IMG/VR virus record: IMGVR_UViG_3300033076_000838
Coordinates: 175,836-239,835 of that record
Strand: one strand, 5' to 3'
Source of the DNA: a virus
Taxonomy: Duplodnaviria > Heunggongvirae > Uroviricota > Caudoviricetes
Length of the DNA: 64,000 nt
The notes beneath the pieces were generated by a model that searched no databases, was not told the DNA's origin, and saw only the letters and a program-made list of their open reading frames with translations. The first letter of the stretch is position 1; each line of letters opens with the position of its first letter. This document shows positions 37,271 to 46,040 of this stretch, one piece after another. A program made the translations under genes and the position numbers.

Positions 37271-37294
37271 TAGGAAATAAAAGGAAATTAAATT

Positions 37295-37918
37295 ATGGCA
37301 TATTTAGATAATACCGAAATTACGGTCGATGCGATTCTTACAAAAAAAGGAAGAGAGAAGTTAGCATCAGGTGAAGGATTAAACATCACAAAGTTTGCTT
37401 TGGGTGATGATGAAATCGATTACACACTTTATGAACCTGCACATCCAAAAGGTTCTGCATATTATGATGCAGCAATCAGAGCTATTCCGGTAACGGAAGC
37501 ATCTCCAGATGAAACACAGGTTTTAAAATACAAATTGGTGACATTACCAAAGGGTACAACTAAAATACCAAAAGTAGAATTTGGTGTTCCTTCTATTTCA
37601 GTAAATCAAAGAAGTGGTCAGGTTTCTTTAACTCCAACTACTTCACCAAGTGGTAATACACAAAGTGGTTACACAATCGTATTAGCAAACAAAAACGCTG
37701 GTTCAATTGTTGGTAGTGGTTTAGCAGCAGGTACTGGTACAATTCCGGTATTCTTAGGTGATGAAATCACAACAACTGCAGCAGTAGAAAGAGGATTAAC
37801 ATTCTCATTCATCCCTAACCCAAATATTACTCAAACTATTAAGACAACAATTACTGTCTACGGAAACGAAACGGGTGGTTCACAAACTATTCCAGTGACC
37901 GTAACATATGTAGCATAA
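37295..37918 (+). CDS. Putative tail/baseplate structural protein
   Basis: MAYLDNTEITVDAILTKKGREKLA...ITKFALGDDEIDY, a tail-collar-like N-terminus. Confidence 0.55.
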   Translation: MAYLDNTEITVDAILTKKGREKLASGEGLNITKFALGDDEIDYTLYEPAHPKGSAYYDAAIRAIPVTEASPDETQVLKYKLVTLPKGTTKIPKVEFGVPSISVNQRSGQVSLTPTTSPSGNTQSGYTIVLANKNAGSIVGSGLAAGTGTIPVFLGDEITTTAAVERGLTFSFIPNPNITQTIKTTITVYGNETGGSQTIPVTVTYVA

Positions 37919-37936
37919 AACGGAGAATAAAATAAT

Positions 37937-39154
37937 ATGGCACAAATTACAGGACAAGCCGGTGTAAACTTAACATCAGAATTAGCAGCGTATTTACAAG
38001 CTAGTAATGGTAATGTTACTACCGAGCAATTGACAAACCTTATTAACCAATACTTAACTGGTGGTGATAAATTAGCCGCACAAGGTGGTTCTATCACAAC
38101 CGGAATTTACAAAAGATTTGGTGAATTTGACCAAATTACTGGTAAAGTAGAAGTAGTAACAACTGGTCTTTGGAGTGGTGATACGGGAAGTTTAACATCT
38201 TTCTACACATCATCTACACAAGCTGTTGCTGATAGTTCAAACTACTACTTAAATGTATATGATACTGCTGCTTCTGCATCAATTCAATTTGCATTAGCAT
38301 ATGGACACAAATATGCAAGTGGTTCAATCAGTTTAGGAAATAGTGATTCATCTACTTTAGCAACAAAAGCAACATATGCACAATATCGTTCTTTATTGTT
38401 AGAACAAGATGACCAATTCTTTACATTTGATTCTGCTTCAGGTGAAAATCTTTTAGATTCATCAGACATCTATATCATCAACGTATCACGTGCCAGATAC
38501 AAAGAAACTATGGATGCAGGAAACTGGCAATTAACTTTGAGTGGTTCTAATGGTGTATCTACATTCATCGATGATAGTGGTAAGAAATTCTCTGACACAG
38601 TCGGTAAAGCAGGTAGAGTATTCTATGTTGCAAGTGGTTCATTAAACTTAGGACAAGATGCTGAAGCAAGTGTTTCTAGTAACTATTCATCAAACGGACA
38701 AGGTTTTGGTTTGTTCTACCCAGATAGAGGTATAATCATTCTTAACCCAACTGCAATTCACAATACAATCGGAACATCAAAAGATAGTGGTTCAAACGCA
38801 GGTAAATCTATTTACTCTGGTGTTGCATATGAAGGTAAAAACCAATTCTTATTGTATAATGCAATCAAAGGTGGTGCGGATTTTGAAGCAAGAAGAACTG
38901 AAAACGTTTCTACATCACATTATTTTGTAAGAGCAACAAATAGAGAATTTAACTTCTCAAACAATCCAACATTTGTAACTGGTTCTGATGGAACTTTTGC
39001 TGAATCTTCATTTGAAAGAGACCCTAAGACATTCATTACGACAGTTGGTTTATACAACGATGCTAATGAATTATTGGCAGTTGCAAAAACATCACAACCA
39101 ATCGCTAAATCATACGATAAGGAAGTGTTAATTGCAGTTAAGTTAGATTTCTAA
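37937..39154 (+). CDS. Putative tail/baseplate structural protein
   Basis: C-terminal ITTVGLYNDANELLAVAK, tail-collar-like and shared with the next gene. Confidence 0.55.
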   Translation: MAQITGQAGVNLTSELAAYLQASNGNVTTEQLTNLINQYLTGGDKLAAQGGSITTGIYKRFGEFDQITGKVEVVTTGLWSGDTGSLTSFYTSSTQAVADSSNYYLNVYDTAASASIQFALAYGHKYASGSISLGNSDSSTLATKATYAQYRSLLLEQDDQFFTFDSASGENLLDSSDIYIINVSRARYKETMDAGNWQLTLSGSNGVSTFIDDSGKKFSDTVGKAGRVFYVASGSLNLGQDAEASVSSNYSSNGQGFGLFYPDRGIIILNPTAIHNTIGTSKDSGSNAGKSIYSGVAYEGKNQFLLYNAIKGGADFEARRTENVSTSHYFVRATNREFNFSNNPTFVTGSDGTFAESSFERDPKTFITTVGLYNDANELLAVAKTSQPIAKSYDKEVLIAVKLDF

Positions 39155-39181
39155 TAAACTCAATATAAATTTATAAAACCG

Positions 39182-39209
39182 AAACCCAACCTTAAAAAGT
39201 TGGGTTTTT
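39182..39209 (+). terminator. Intrinsic terminator
   Basis: AAACCCAAC-CTTAAAAA-GTTGGGTTT followed by TT. Confidence 0.8.
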
Positions 39210-39245
39210 GTTTATTAAAATACTTATATAGGTAAGGACTTTACT

Positions 39246-40409
39246 ATGTTTAAATCAATACCAAAATCAAATATATCCAAACGTTCATTCAAAGCTTATA
39301 AACTTTGGTCTGATGAAACGGAAGCAGATGCACCGATAATTAAATTATATAATGTATCTGGTTCTCATTTTGAAGGAAGTTCTCCAACATCACAAGGATA
39401 TTATATTAAATCACTTTACAATTCCGTAAAGAAAAAATATTATTCATCGGAAGGAAATGCATTTACAACATTTGGCAGTGTAGAAAATTTGGCAGATTGG
39501 GAAAATGAACGTATATTACCAACAAATTCTGATATTTATGTATTTTCAATACAACGTTCAAAATTTGGTGAACAAATAAAACCAAACTCCGTTGAATTAT
39601 CGATAAATGGTGAAACATATTCAGATGATGGATATGGACAATTAATCCCACCATCTCCAATATTTGAACTTATTTCATTAGATTTACAATCCGGCAGTGT
39701 TGGTGAATTATTAATTTCAAATGGTGCAACTACATTTTCATTAGAGGTATTGGATTCATCGATGGGAGTAGGAATTGATATGGATTCTGGTGAAAGTAAT
39801 TTTATTTATTTAAGTTTATCAGATACTATTACTTTAGCAGAAATTGATTTTTTAAATGCTACTGTCGAATTCTTAGAAGATTTTCAATTTGATGGAACTG
39901 AATTATCTCGTCAAATACATGGTAATGTGTTTTACGATGAAGGATTGGTGGTATTAACAACACAAGATACCGAACCATCCTCATATTCTTTAAATTTCCG
40001 TTCAACACATACGATATATGAAACTGAAATATTAGTATCCGCTGATACGGGTGAATTTAATTATTCACAAAACCCATCGGCAGTAGATGTTATATTGAGT
40101 GGTTCATATGATTTCGAAACAACTGCTATTCCAAACGTTCAATCTGCTAAAAATGTAAAGATTAAAGAAATTTTGGATATTAAACAAAGACAATTTTTCT
40201 CAGGTAGTATTGGTTCATCATCTGGTTCATGGGATGATTATTATAATAATGCACTAAATGACCCAACTGGTTCTTATTTAACACCTTATATTACAACAAT
40301 TGGATTATACGATGATGATGATAATTTGTTAGTTGTTGCAAAATTACCAAAACCAATAAAAAACTTACCTGATTATAATGTTAATTTTTTGGTTCGTTTT
40401 GATACTTAA
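39246..40409 (+). CDS. Putative tail/baseplate structural protein, paralogue of 37937-39154
   Basis: Both share an LSxNG...DDG segment, GxxFYDxGxxxL, and ITTxGLYxDxxxLLxVAK. Confidence 0.55.
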   Translation: MFKSIPKSNISKRSFKAYKLWSDETEADAPIIKLYNVSGSHFEGSSPTSQGYYIKSLYNSVKKKYYSSEGNAFTTFGSVENLADWENERILPTNSDIYVFSIQRSKFGEQIKPNSVELSINGETYSDDGYGQLIPPSPIFELISLDLQSGSVGELLISNGATTFSLEVLDSSMGVGIDMDSGESNFIYLSLSDTITLAEIDFLNATVEFLEDFQFDGTELSRQIHGNVFYDEGLVVLTTQDTEPSSYSLNFRSTHTIYETEILVSADTGEFNYSQNPSAVDVILSGSYDFETTAIPNVQSAKNVKIKEILDIKQRQFFSGSIGSSSGSWDDYYNNALNDPTGSYLTPYITTIGLYDDDDNLLVVAKLPKPIKNLPDYNVNFLVRFDT

Positions 40410-40412
40410 TCA

Positions 40413-40420
40413 TATTTATA
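40413..40420 (+). promoter_or_regulatory. Putative late promoter TATTTATA
   Basis: Exact motif 21 nt before 40442. Confidence 0.65.
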
Positions 40421-40441
40421 TAATATAAAAGGAATAATATT

Positions 40442-40624
40442 ATGGCAACAATTTTAGATTTATACAAAGGTTCTGAATTTGCAAAAGTAGGTGTATCTTC
40501 AAAAGATAAAACTCCTATTTCTGCAGATGAGAAAAATAAATTACACACCGATGATGCAAAATTGAATTCTGCTAGACACGGTCAATTGCAAGAAAAAAAA
40601 TATTCGGATACAATTAAAAAATAA
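40442..40624 (+). CDS. Small late hypothetical protein
   Basis: ORF after a late promoter, with AAGGA upstream. Confidence 0.7.
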   Translation: MATILDLYKGSEFAKVGVSSKDKTPISADEKNKLHTDDAKLNSARHGQLQEKKYSDTIKK

Positions 40625-40630
40625 TAAGTT

Positions 40631-41203
40631 TTGTCTTTAATAATAAACCATTCTAAAAAATGGGGTTATTTACATATTCCAAAAACAGGTGGAACATCTT
40701 TAACTAAATTACTTTTAAATGAAGAAGGAAGTGAAGATGTTGCAACACATGGTGATTTGGGAAATTTCGGTAATATTTCAAATTATTTTATTTTTACAAT
40801 TGTAAGAAATCCATTTACAAGAACCGCATCTGCATATCAACATAATGTTAGAAGTGGAACTGCATCTAATTTCAAACATTTCTTAGAAACAATTTCACCA
40901 ATTAATTTTTGGTATTTTCCACAAACATATTTTTTAAATCACAACAGCAAAGAAGATAGGGTTGTAAATTACATCGGTAGATATGAAACTTACGAAACCG
41001 ATGTCAAATACATACTAAATAAAATTGGTATATCTTCTACTGAAATTCCTAACGAAAATCGAAATCCTATTTTCAATAGACACCCACAATTAAACGATAA
41101 AGACTATTATAAAATGCTTTATAAAGATGAGTGGTGTAAGAATTGGGTATTGGAGAGATATAAAAATGATTTCAAATTTTTTAACTATGAGTTGGACATA
41201 TAG
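40631..41203 (+). CDS. Sulfotransferase family (Sulfotransfer_2-like) protein
   Basis: LHIPKTGGTS and FTIVRNPFTRTASAY; TTG start. Confidence 0.85.
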   Translation: MSLIINHSKKWGYLHIPKTGGTSLTKLLLNEEGSEDVATHGDLGNFGNISNYFIFTIVRNPFTRTASAYQHNVRSGTASNFKHFLETISPINFWYFPQTYFLNHNSKEDRVVNYIGRYETYETDVKYILNKIGISSTEIPNENRNPIFNRHPQLNDKDYYKMLYKDEWCKNWVLERYKNDFKFFNYELDI

Positions 41204-41630
41204 AGGACACTTTATAACCGAACTTTCAGATATGCCTGAAAACACAATCGGTTTTATTTACAAAATTAGTAATGGTGAAACCGGTGAATATTATATCGGT
41301 AAGAAAAATGTATTATCAATTACAAAACGTAAATTTGGTAAAAAAGAAATTGCAGCTCTAACTGATAAACGTAGTAAGCATTGGGAATGGGTTACTAAGG
41401 AATCAGATTGGAAAACCTATCGTTCATCTAATGGGACAGTAAAAAAATGGGAAGGTGATAGAATTAAATTAGAAATTCTTCGTTTTTGTAAATCAAAGAA
41501 ATCCTTAACATATTACGAATTACAAGAACAATTTTCTCATAACGTATTAGCAGATGAAAAAGCCCTAAATGATAACCTACTTGGTAAGTTTTTCCGTAGA
41601 GATTTAGATGAAATAGATTTGGAAAATTAA
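41187..41630 (+). CDS. GIY-YIG family nuclease (T4 endonuclease II-like)
   Basis: GFIYKI...YYIGKK, ESDWKTY, EILRFC. Start moved to MSWTY at 41187. Confidence 0.75.
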   Translation: MSWTYRGHFITELSDMPENTIGFIYKISNGETGEYYIGKKNVLSITKRKFGKKEIAALTDKRSKHWEWVTKESDWKTYRSSNGTVKKWEGDRIKLEILRFCKSKKSLTYYELQEQFSHNVLADEKALNDNLLGKFFRRDLDEIDLEN

Positions 41631-41709
41631 GATATTTTTCGTATCTTTGGATAGTATAATAGCAAATGTAAAATAAATTTGGAAATATCAGATTTATTTC
41701 GTATATTTG
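41618..41709 (+). promoter_or_regulatory. Two tandem Bacteroidota-type promoters, 60 bp apart
   Basis: TTTG(41618)-N20-TATCTTTG and TTTG(41678)-N20-TATATTTG. Confidence 0.8.
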
Positions 41710-41731
41710 TATATCACAAATTGTAGTATAA

Positions 41732-42670
41732 ATGCTATCAACACCTGATAAACTAACAATTATTAGTATCTTAGATGATACATTAGGACATGGTTCATCC
41801 CTAAAAGGAAGTGAACAAGCACATTATTGTCCTTTCTGTCATCATCATAAAAAGAAACTCCAAGTAAATTTAGATACACAACAATGGCATTGTTGGGTGT
41901 GTGATTCTAAGGGAAAGCGTATTTATTCTCTTTTACGAAAACTACAGGTTGATTCCCATAAATTAAAAAAGGTATTAGAAATATATGGTGATGATTATGT
42001 TGTCACTAATGGAAATGATGATGAGCAAATCGATTTACGATTACCATCAGAATTTGTTTCACTTACCGAAACTCCAAAAGGATTAAATCCACTTTATAAA
42101 AAGGTAAAACATTATCTAAAAGTTAGAGGTATTACTGAAAGTGATGTAATACGATATAATATGGGGTATTGTCAAAAAGGATTATATGCTGGAAGAGTTA
42201 TTATACCATCATATGATTCCAATAATAAATTAAATTATTTTATTGCACGTTCGGTTTATGATGATGAACCTTACAAATATAAAAATCCACCAGTTTCAAA
42301 GAATGTAATTATGTTTGAAAACCAAATCAATTGGGATGAACCTATTACACTTTGCGAGGGTGCATTTGATGCTCTTTCTATTAAACGAAACGCAATTCCA
42401 ATCTTAGGTAAATTTATTCCAAAAAAATTAATGGATAGTATATATCAAAGAGGGGTTAAAAAAATCAATATTGTATTAGATAGCGATGCACAAGACCAAG
42501 CTTTATATTATACAATTTATTTTCAAAAACAAGGTATAGACACAAAAAATATAATCCCCTCTGAAAAAGATGCATCGGAAATGGGATTTCAAAATATCAA
42601 TAAAATATTAAAAAATACTAAACAAACTGATTTTGGTGATATTATATCCCAAAAGTTACAAATTCTATGA
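41732..42670 (+). CDS. DNA primase (Zn finger + TOPRIM; gp61/DnaG-like)
   Basis: CPFC...CWVC, RVIIP, YKNP, LCEGAFDA, VLDSD. Confidence 0.9.
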   Translation: MLSTPDKLTIISILDDTLGHGSSLKGSEQAHYCPFCHHHKKKLQVNLDTQQWHCWVCDSKGKRIYSLLRKLQVDSHKLKKVLEIYGDDYVVTNGNDDEQIDLRLPSEFVSLTETPKGLNPLYKKVKHYLKVRGITESDVIRYNMGYCQKGLYAGRVIIPSYDSNNKLNYFIARSVYDDEPYKYKNPPVSKNVIMFENQINWDEPITLCEGAFDALSIKRNAIPILGKFIPKKLMDSIYQRGVKKINIVLDSDAQDQALYYTIYFQKQGIDTKNIIPSEKDASEMGFQNINKILKNTKQTDFGDIISQKLQIL

Positions 42671-45600
42671 TAGTAAACAAAATATACCATTTAGCAGATT
42701 TACACATCAGAAATTTACAAAGACATAAAGAATATCGTGAGGTATTCAAAAAGTTTTTGAAACAAGTAGAAGATGATAAAATTGAAGATTCTATTATTTA
42801 TTTAGCAGGGGACATTGCTCATGCTAAAACTGAAATGTCTCCTGAATTGATTCAAGAGATAAGTTGGTTTCTAACGGAATGTTCTAAGTTAAGAGAAACT
42901 TTCTTAATCACAGGTAATCACGATTGTAACTTAAACAACCAACATAGATTAGATGTTCTTACGCCCATTATTGACAATCTTAATAATTCTCGCATACACT
43001 ATCTTCGCGACACTGGTGTTTATAAGCAGCATAATCTTACTTTTGTCGTTTATTCCATATTGGATAAAAAAGAAAATTGGCCAGAGGCTAAAACGATAGA
43101 AGGTGAGAATAAAATTTGTTTATTTCACGGCCCTGTAAATAAAGCACAAACCGATATTGGTTATGTGGTATCATCCAACTCATTCACTGTCGATATGTTC
43201 GATGGGTTTGATATGGTTATGATGGGTGATATTCACAAACGTCAAACTTTTGGTGAAGGGTATGAACACGTTGCATATGCAGGTTCTATGATTCAACAAA
43301 ATCACGGCGAAATGTTGGAGAATCATGGTTACTTAATATGGGATGTCCCAACTCGTACTTTTACCGAACATCACATTCATAATGATTATGGATTCTTAAC
43401 AATTGATGTGGTTGGTGGTGTAATTCCACAATGGGTCTATGATGAAATTGGAACTAAATTACCAAAAAATCCTCGTTTAAGATTACGTTTTACAAACACC
43501 GAACCATCGGATATGAAACTCCGTATTGCAGAGTTAAAACAAATGTTTAACGTTGCAGAGGTGACAGTAACAAGAACCGATACGATTGGTCAATTAAAAC
43601 GTAATTCTAAATTAAATAAAAATATCGTTGGTAATGTAAAGGATGAAACATTCCAAAACCAATTGATTAGAGATTATTTAGAAAGACAATTTTTATTAGA
43701 AGATTCAGAATTAGATAAAATTTCAGAAATAAATAAAGAAATAAATCACCGAATAGATGATTCCACTCTTACTGAAAATATTCTTTGGACTCCTAAGACA
43801 TTGGAGTTTTCAAATATGTTTTCATATGGTGAAGGTAACAAAGTTAGATTTGAAGATGCAAATGGTGTGATTGGTATTTTTGCACCAAACGCTAGTGGTA
43901 AATCATCGTTATTTGATGCACTTTCATTTTGTATATTTGATAAGACATCTCGTACCTCTTCATCAAAAAACATCTTAAATAACCAAAAAGATAATTTCTA
44001 TTGTAAGTTTAATTTTGAAATCGATGGTGTTGATTATTTCATCGAACGAAGTGCAAAGTGGACTAGAAAAGGAACAAACCTTTCAGTAAACGTAAACTTT
44101 TGGAAAGAAGATGCAGGTGTAATTACATCTCTAAATGGAGAACAACGTAGAGATACTAACAAAAATATTGAAAGATATTTGGGTAAGTTTGAAGATTTTG
44201 TTTTAACATCATTATCTCTACAAGGAAACAACGCACTCTTCATAGATAAATCCCAAGCGGAAAGAAAGGAAATCCTTTCACAATTTATTGGAGTAGATAT
44301 TTTCGATAAATTATATCAATTAGCATCAGATGAGAATAGAGAAAATGCAACTTTGATTAAGAAATTTAAATCGGATGATTTCACATCTAAACTTGCTCAG
44401 ATTGAAACTGATTTAAAGGAAAACAAAAATGAATACAAATTAGTTGAAATTGAATTGAATGGTATTAGAGATGAAGAAGATGGTTTAAATAAGGATTTAA
44501 TCAGATTAAATGGTAAAATTGTAAAATTAAATTCTGATTTAGTTGGTATAGACGAATTAGAAAAAAGAAAGAAAATTCTTACCGAAAAGGAAACTGAAAT
44601 CCTAAATACTAAAACTGCAATACAAGAAAGAATTACCAAATTAGAGGATTTACAACTACAATTAGAGGAAATTATTGATGGATACGATGAAGAAGATTTA
44701 GAAGAAAAAATGGGAGTGTTAAAGATTTGTAGAAATGATTTTAACACATCCAAACATGAATTAGAAAAATTAGATATTAAAATCAATTCCTTAAACGATA
44801 AGAAAGCACATTTAGATTTACACAAATACAATCCAAATTGTGAAATTTGTATGGAGAATTCGGAAACGATTTTGGAATCTAAAAAAGATGTAGAAGAGGT
44901 TCTTGCTAATCTAATGGATGAATGGGGAGATGCTATTCGTATTAATGAACTTGCAGAAGAAAAAATAAATCAATATTCATTATATGAATCAGATTGGAAA
45001 AACTTAGTGGAAACTAAGGAAAAGGAAGATAAGGTTGATAGAGAATTATCAACTTTAATGAATAAACTTTCTGCATCCGAAACCGAAGAGGTTAGAATAC
45101 AAACTCAAATTTCAGAACAAATCAAACTTATTGAAGAGTACCATCAAAATGAAGAACAAATCAAAAAGAATGGTGAAATTAGAGAAGAAATTAAAGGTAA
45201 GAGAGATTTATTAGATGATGTAAAAAGACGATTTACAAAAACAAACAAATCACTTTTAGAACTAAATGGTAAAGTTTCATCTCTAAAAAACCAAAAAGAA
45301 ACCTTAGAGGATAAAATCAAAGAGGTTAAAAAATTAGAGGAACAATCCAAATTATATGAGTATTATCTGAATTCTTTGAGTAAGGATGGTGTATCATATG
45401 AATTGATTGAAAAGGCATTACCTATGATTGAAGGTGAGGTAAATAATATCCTTGCACAGATTGTAGAGTTTGGAATGCAATTAGAGATGGATGGTAAGAA
45501 TATCAATGCTTACCTTGTTTATGGTGATAATAAGTGGTCTTTGGAGATGTGTAGTGGTATGGAGAGATTTATATCAGGACTTGCAATTAGAGTTGCTCTA

Positions 45601-45822
45601 ATTAATGTATGTAACTTACCTCGTCCAAATTTCTTAGTAATCGATGAAGGGTTTGGTACATTAGATAGTGAGAATTTACAATCTCTATTTATGTTATTTA
45701 CCTATTTGAAAACACAATTTGATTTTGTAATGATTATTTCACACATCGACTCAATGAGAGATGTAGTTGATGGTCTAATCGAAATTAAAAAGATAGAAGG
45801 ATTTAGTCACGTGAAGTACTAA
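42667..45822 (+). CDS. Fused SbcD/Mre11-type nuclease and SbcC/Rad50-type ATPase (gp47-gp46 fusion)
   Basis: ADLHIR, AGDIAH, GNHD, FHGPV, MGDIHK, YAGS; then FAPNASGKSS, coiled coil with CEIC hook, CSGME, IDEGFGTLD, IISH. Confidence 0.92.
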   Translation: MIVNKIYHLADLHIRNLQRHKEYREVFKKFLKQVEDDKIEDSIIYLAGDIAHAKTEMSPELIQEISWFLTECSKLRETFLITGNHDCNLNNQHRLDVLTPIIDNLNNSRIHYLRDTGVYKQHNLTFVVYSILDKKENWPEAKTIEGENKICLFHGPVNKAQTDIGYVVSSNSFTVDMFDGFDMVMMGDIHKRQTFGEGYEHVAYAGSMIQQNHGEMLENHGYLIWDVPTRTFTEHHIHNDYGFLTIDVVGGVIPQWVYDEIGTKLPKNPRLRLRFTNTEPSDMKLRIAELKQMFNVAEVTVTRTDTIGQLKRNSKLNKNIVGNVKDETFQNQLIRDYLERQFLLEDSELDKISEINKEINHRIDDSTLTENILWTPKTLEFSNMFSYGEGNKVRFEDANGVIGIFAPNASGKSSLFDALSFCIFDKTSRTSSSKNILNNQKDNFYCKFNFEIDGVDYFIERSAKWTRKGTNLSVNVNFWKEDAGVITSLNGEQRRDTNKNIERYLGKFEDFVLTSLSLQGNNALFIDKSQAERKEILSQFIGVDIFDKLYQLASDENRENATLIKKFKSDDFTSKLAQIETDLKENKNEYKLVEIELNGIRDEEDGLNKDLIRLNGKIVKLNSDLVGIDELEKRKKILTEKETEILNTKTAIQERITKLEDLQLQLEEIIDGYDEEDLEEKMGVLKICRNDFNTSKHELEKLDIKINSLNDKKAHLDLHKYNPNCEICMENSETILESKKDVEEVLANLMDEWGDAIRINELAEEKINQYSLYESDWKNLVETKEKEDKVDRELSTLMNKLSASETEEVRIQTQISEQIKLIEEYHQNEEQIKKNGEIREEIKGKRDLLDDVKRRFTKTNKSLLELNGKVSSLKNQKETLEDKIKEVKKLEEQSKLYEYYLNSLSKDGVSYELIEKALPMIEGEVNNILAQIVEFGMQLEMDGKNINAYLVYGDNKWSLEMCSGMERFISGLAIRVALINVCNLPRPNFLVIDEGFGTLDSENLQSLFMLFTYLKTQFDFVMIISHIDSMRDVVDGLIEIKKIEGFSHVKY

Positions 45823-45967
45823 CCTTCAAAACATTCTTAGGAAGGGTTATTCTTTGCATAATTAAAGATTCAACTAACCCACTTAATTTATACCCACGTT
45901 CCTTGCAATATTGTTGTAAGAGTTCGTGGGTTTCTTTTTTTATTTGTATCGTAGTGTATTTATTCAT
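45803..45967 (-). CDS. Ribbon-helix-helix DNA-binding protein (54 aa)
   Basis: Manual translation MNKYTTIQIKKETHELLQQYCKERGYKLSGLVESLIMQR...: alternating beta ribbon, helix A, G turn, helix B. Confidence 0.75.
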   Translation of the reverse strand: MNKYTTIQIKKETHELLQQYCKERGYKLSGLVESLIMQRITLPKNVLKVSTSRD

Positions 45968-45986
45968 TTCTATGGAATTCTATGGA
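45968..45986. promoter_or_regulatory. Direct repeat TTCTATGGA x2, putative RHH operator
   Basis: 10-bp period, immediately upstream of the RHH start codon. Confidence 0.5.
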
Positions 45987-46013
45987 TTTTACAATAAGTA
46001 TTAAAAAGAATTA

Positions 46014-46021
46014 TATTTATA
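46014..46021 (+). promoter_or_regulatory. Putative late promoter TATTTATA
   Basis: Exact motif 19 nt before the tail fibre start; AGGAG follows. Confidence 0.65.
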
Positions 46022-46040
46022 CCTGCATAGGAGAAATATA

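Noticed and set aside
41187-41630. GIY-YIG gene as a homing endonuclease
   Set aside because: It is short, has no C-terminal DNA-binding repeats or intron context, and looks like stand-alone endonuclease II-type proteins. A mobile origin is not fully excluded.
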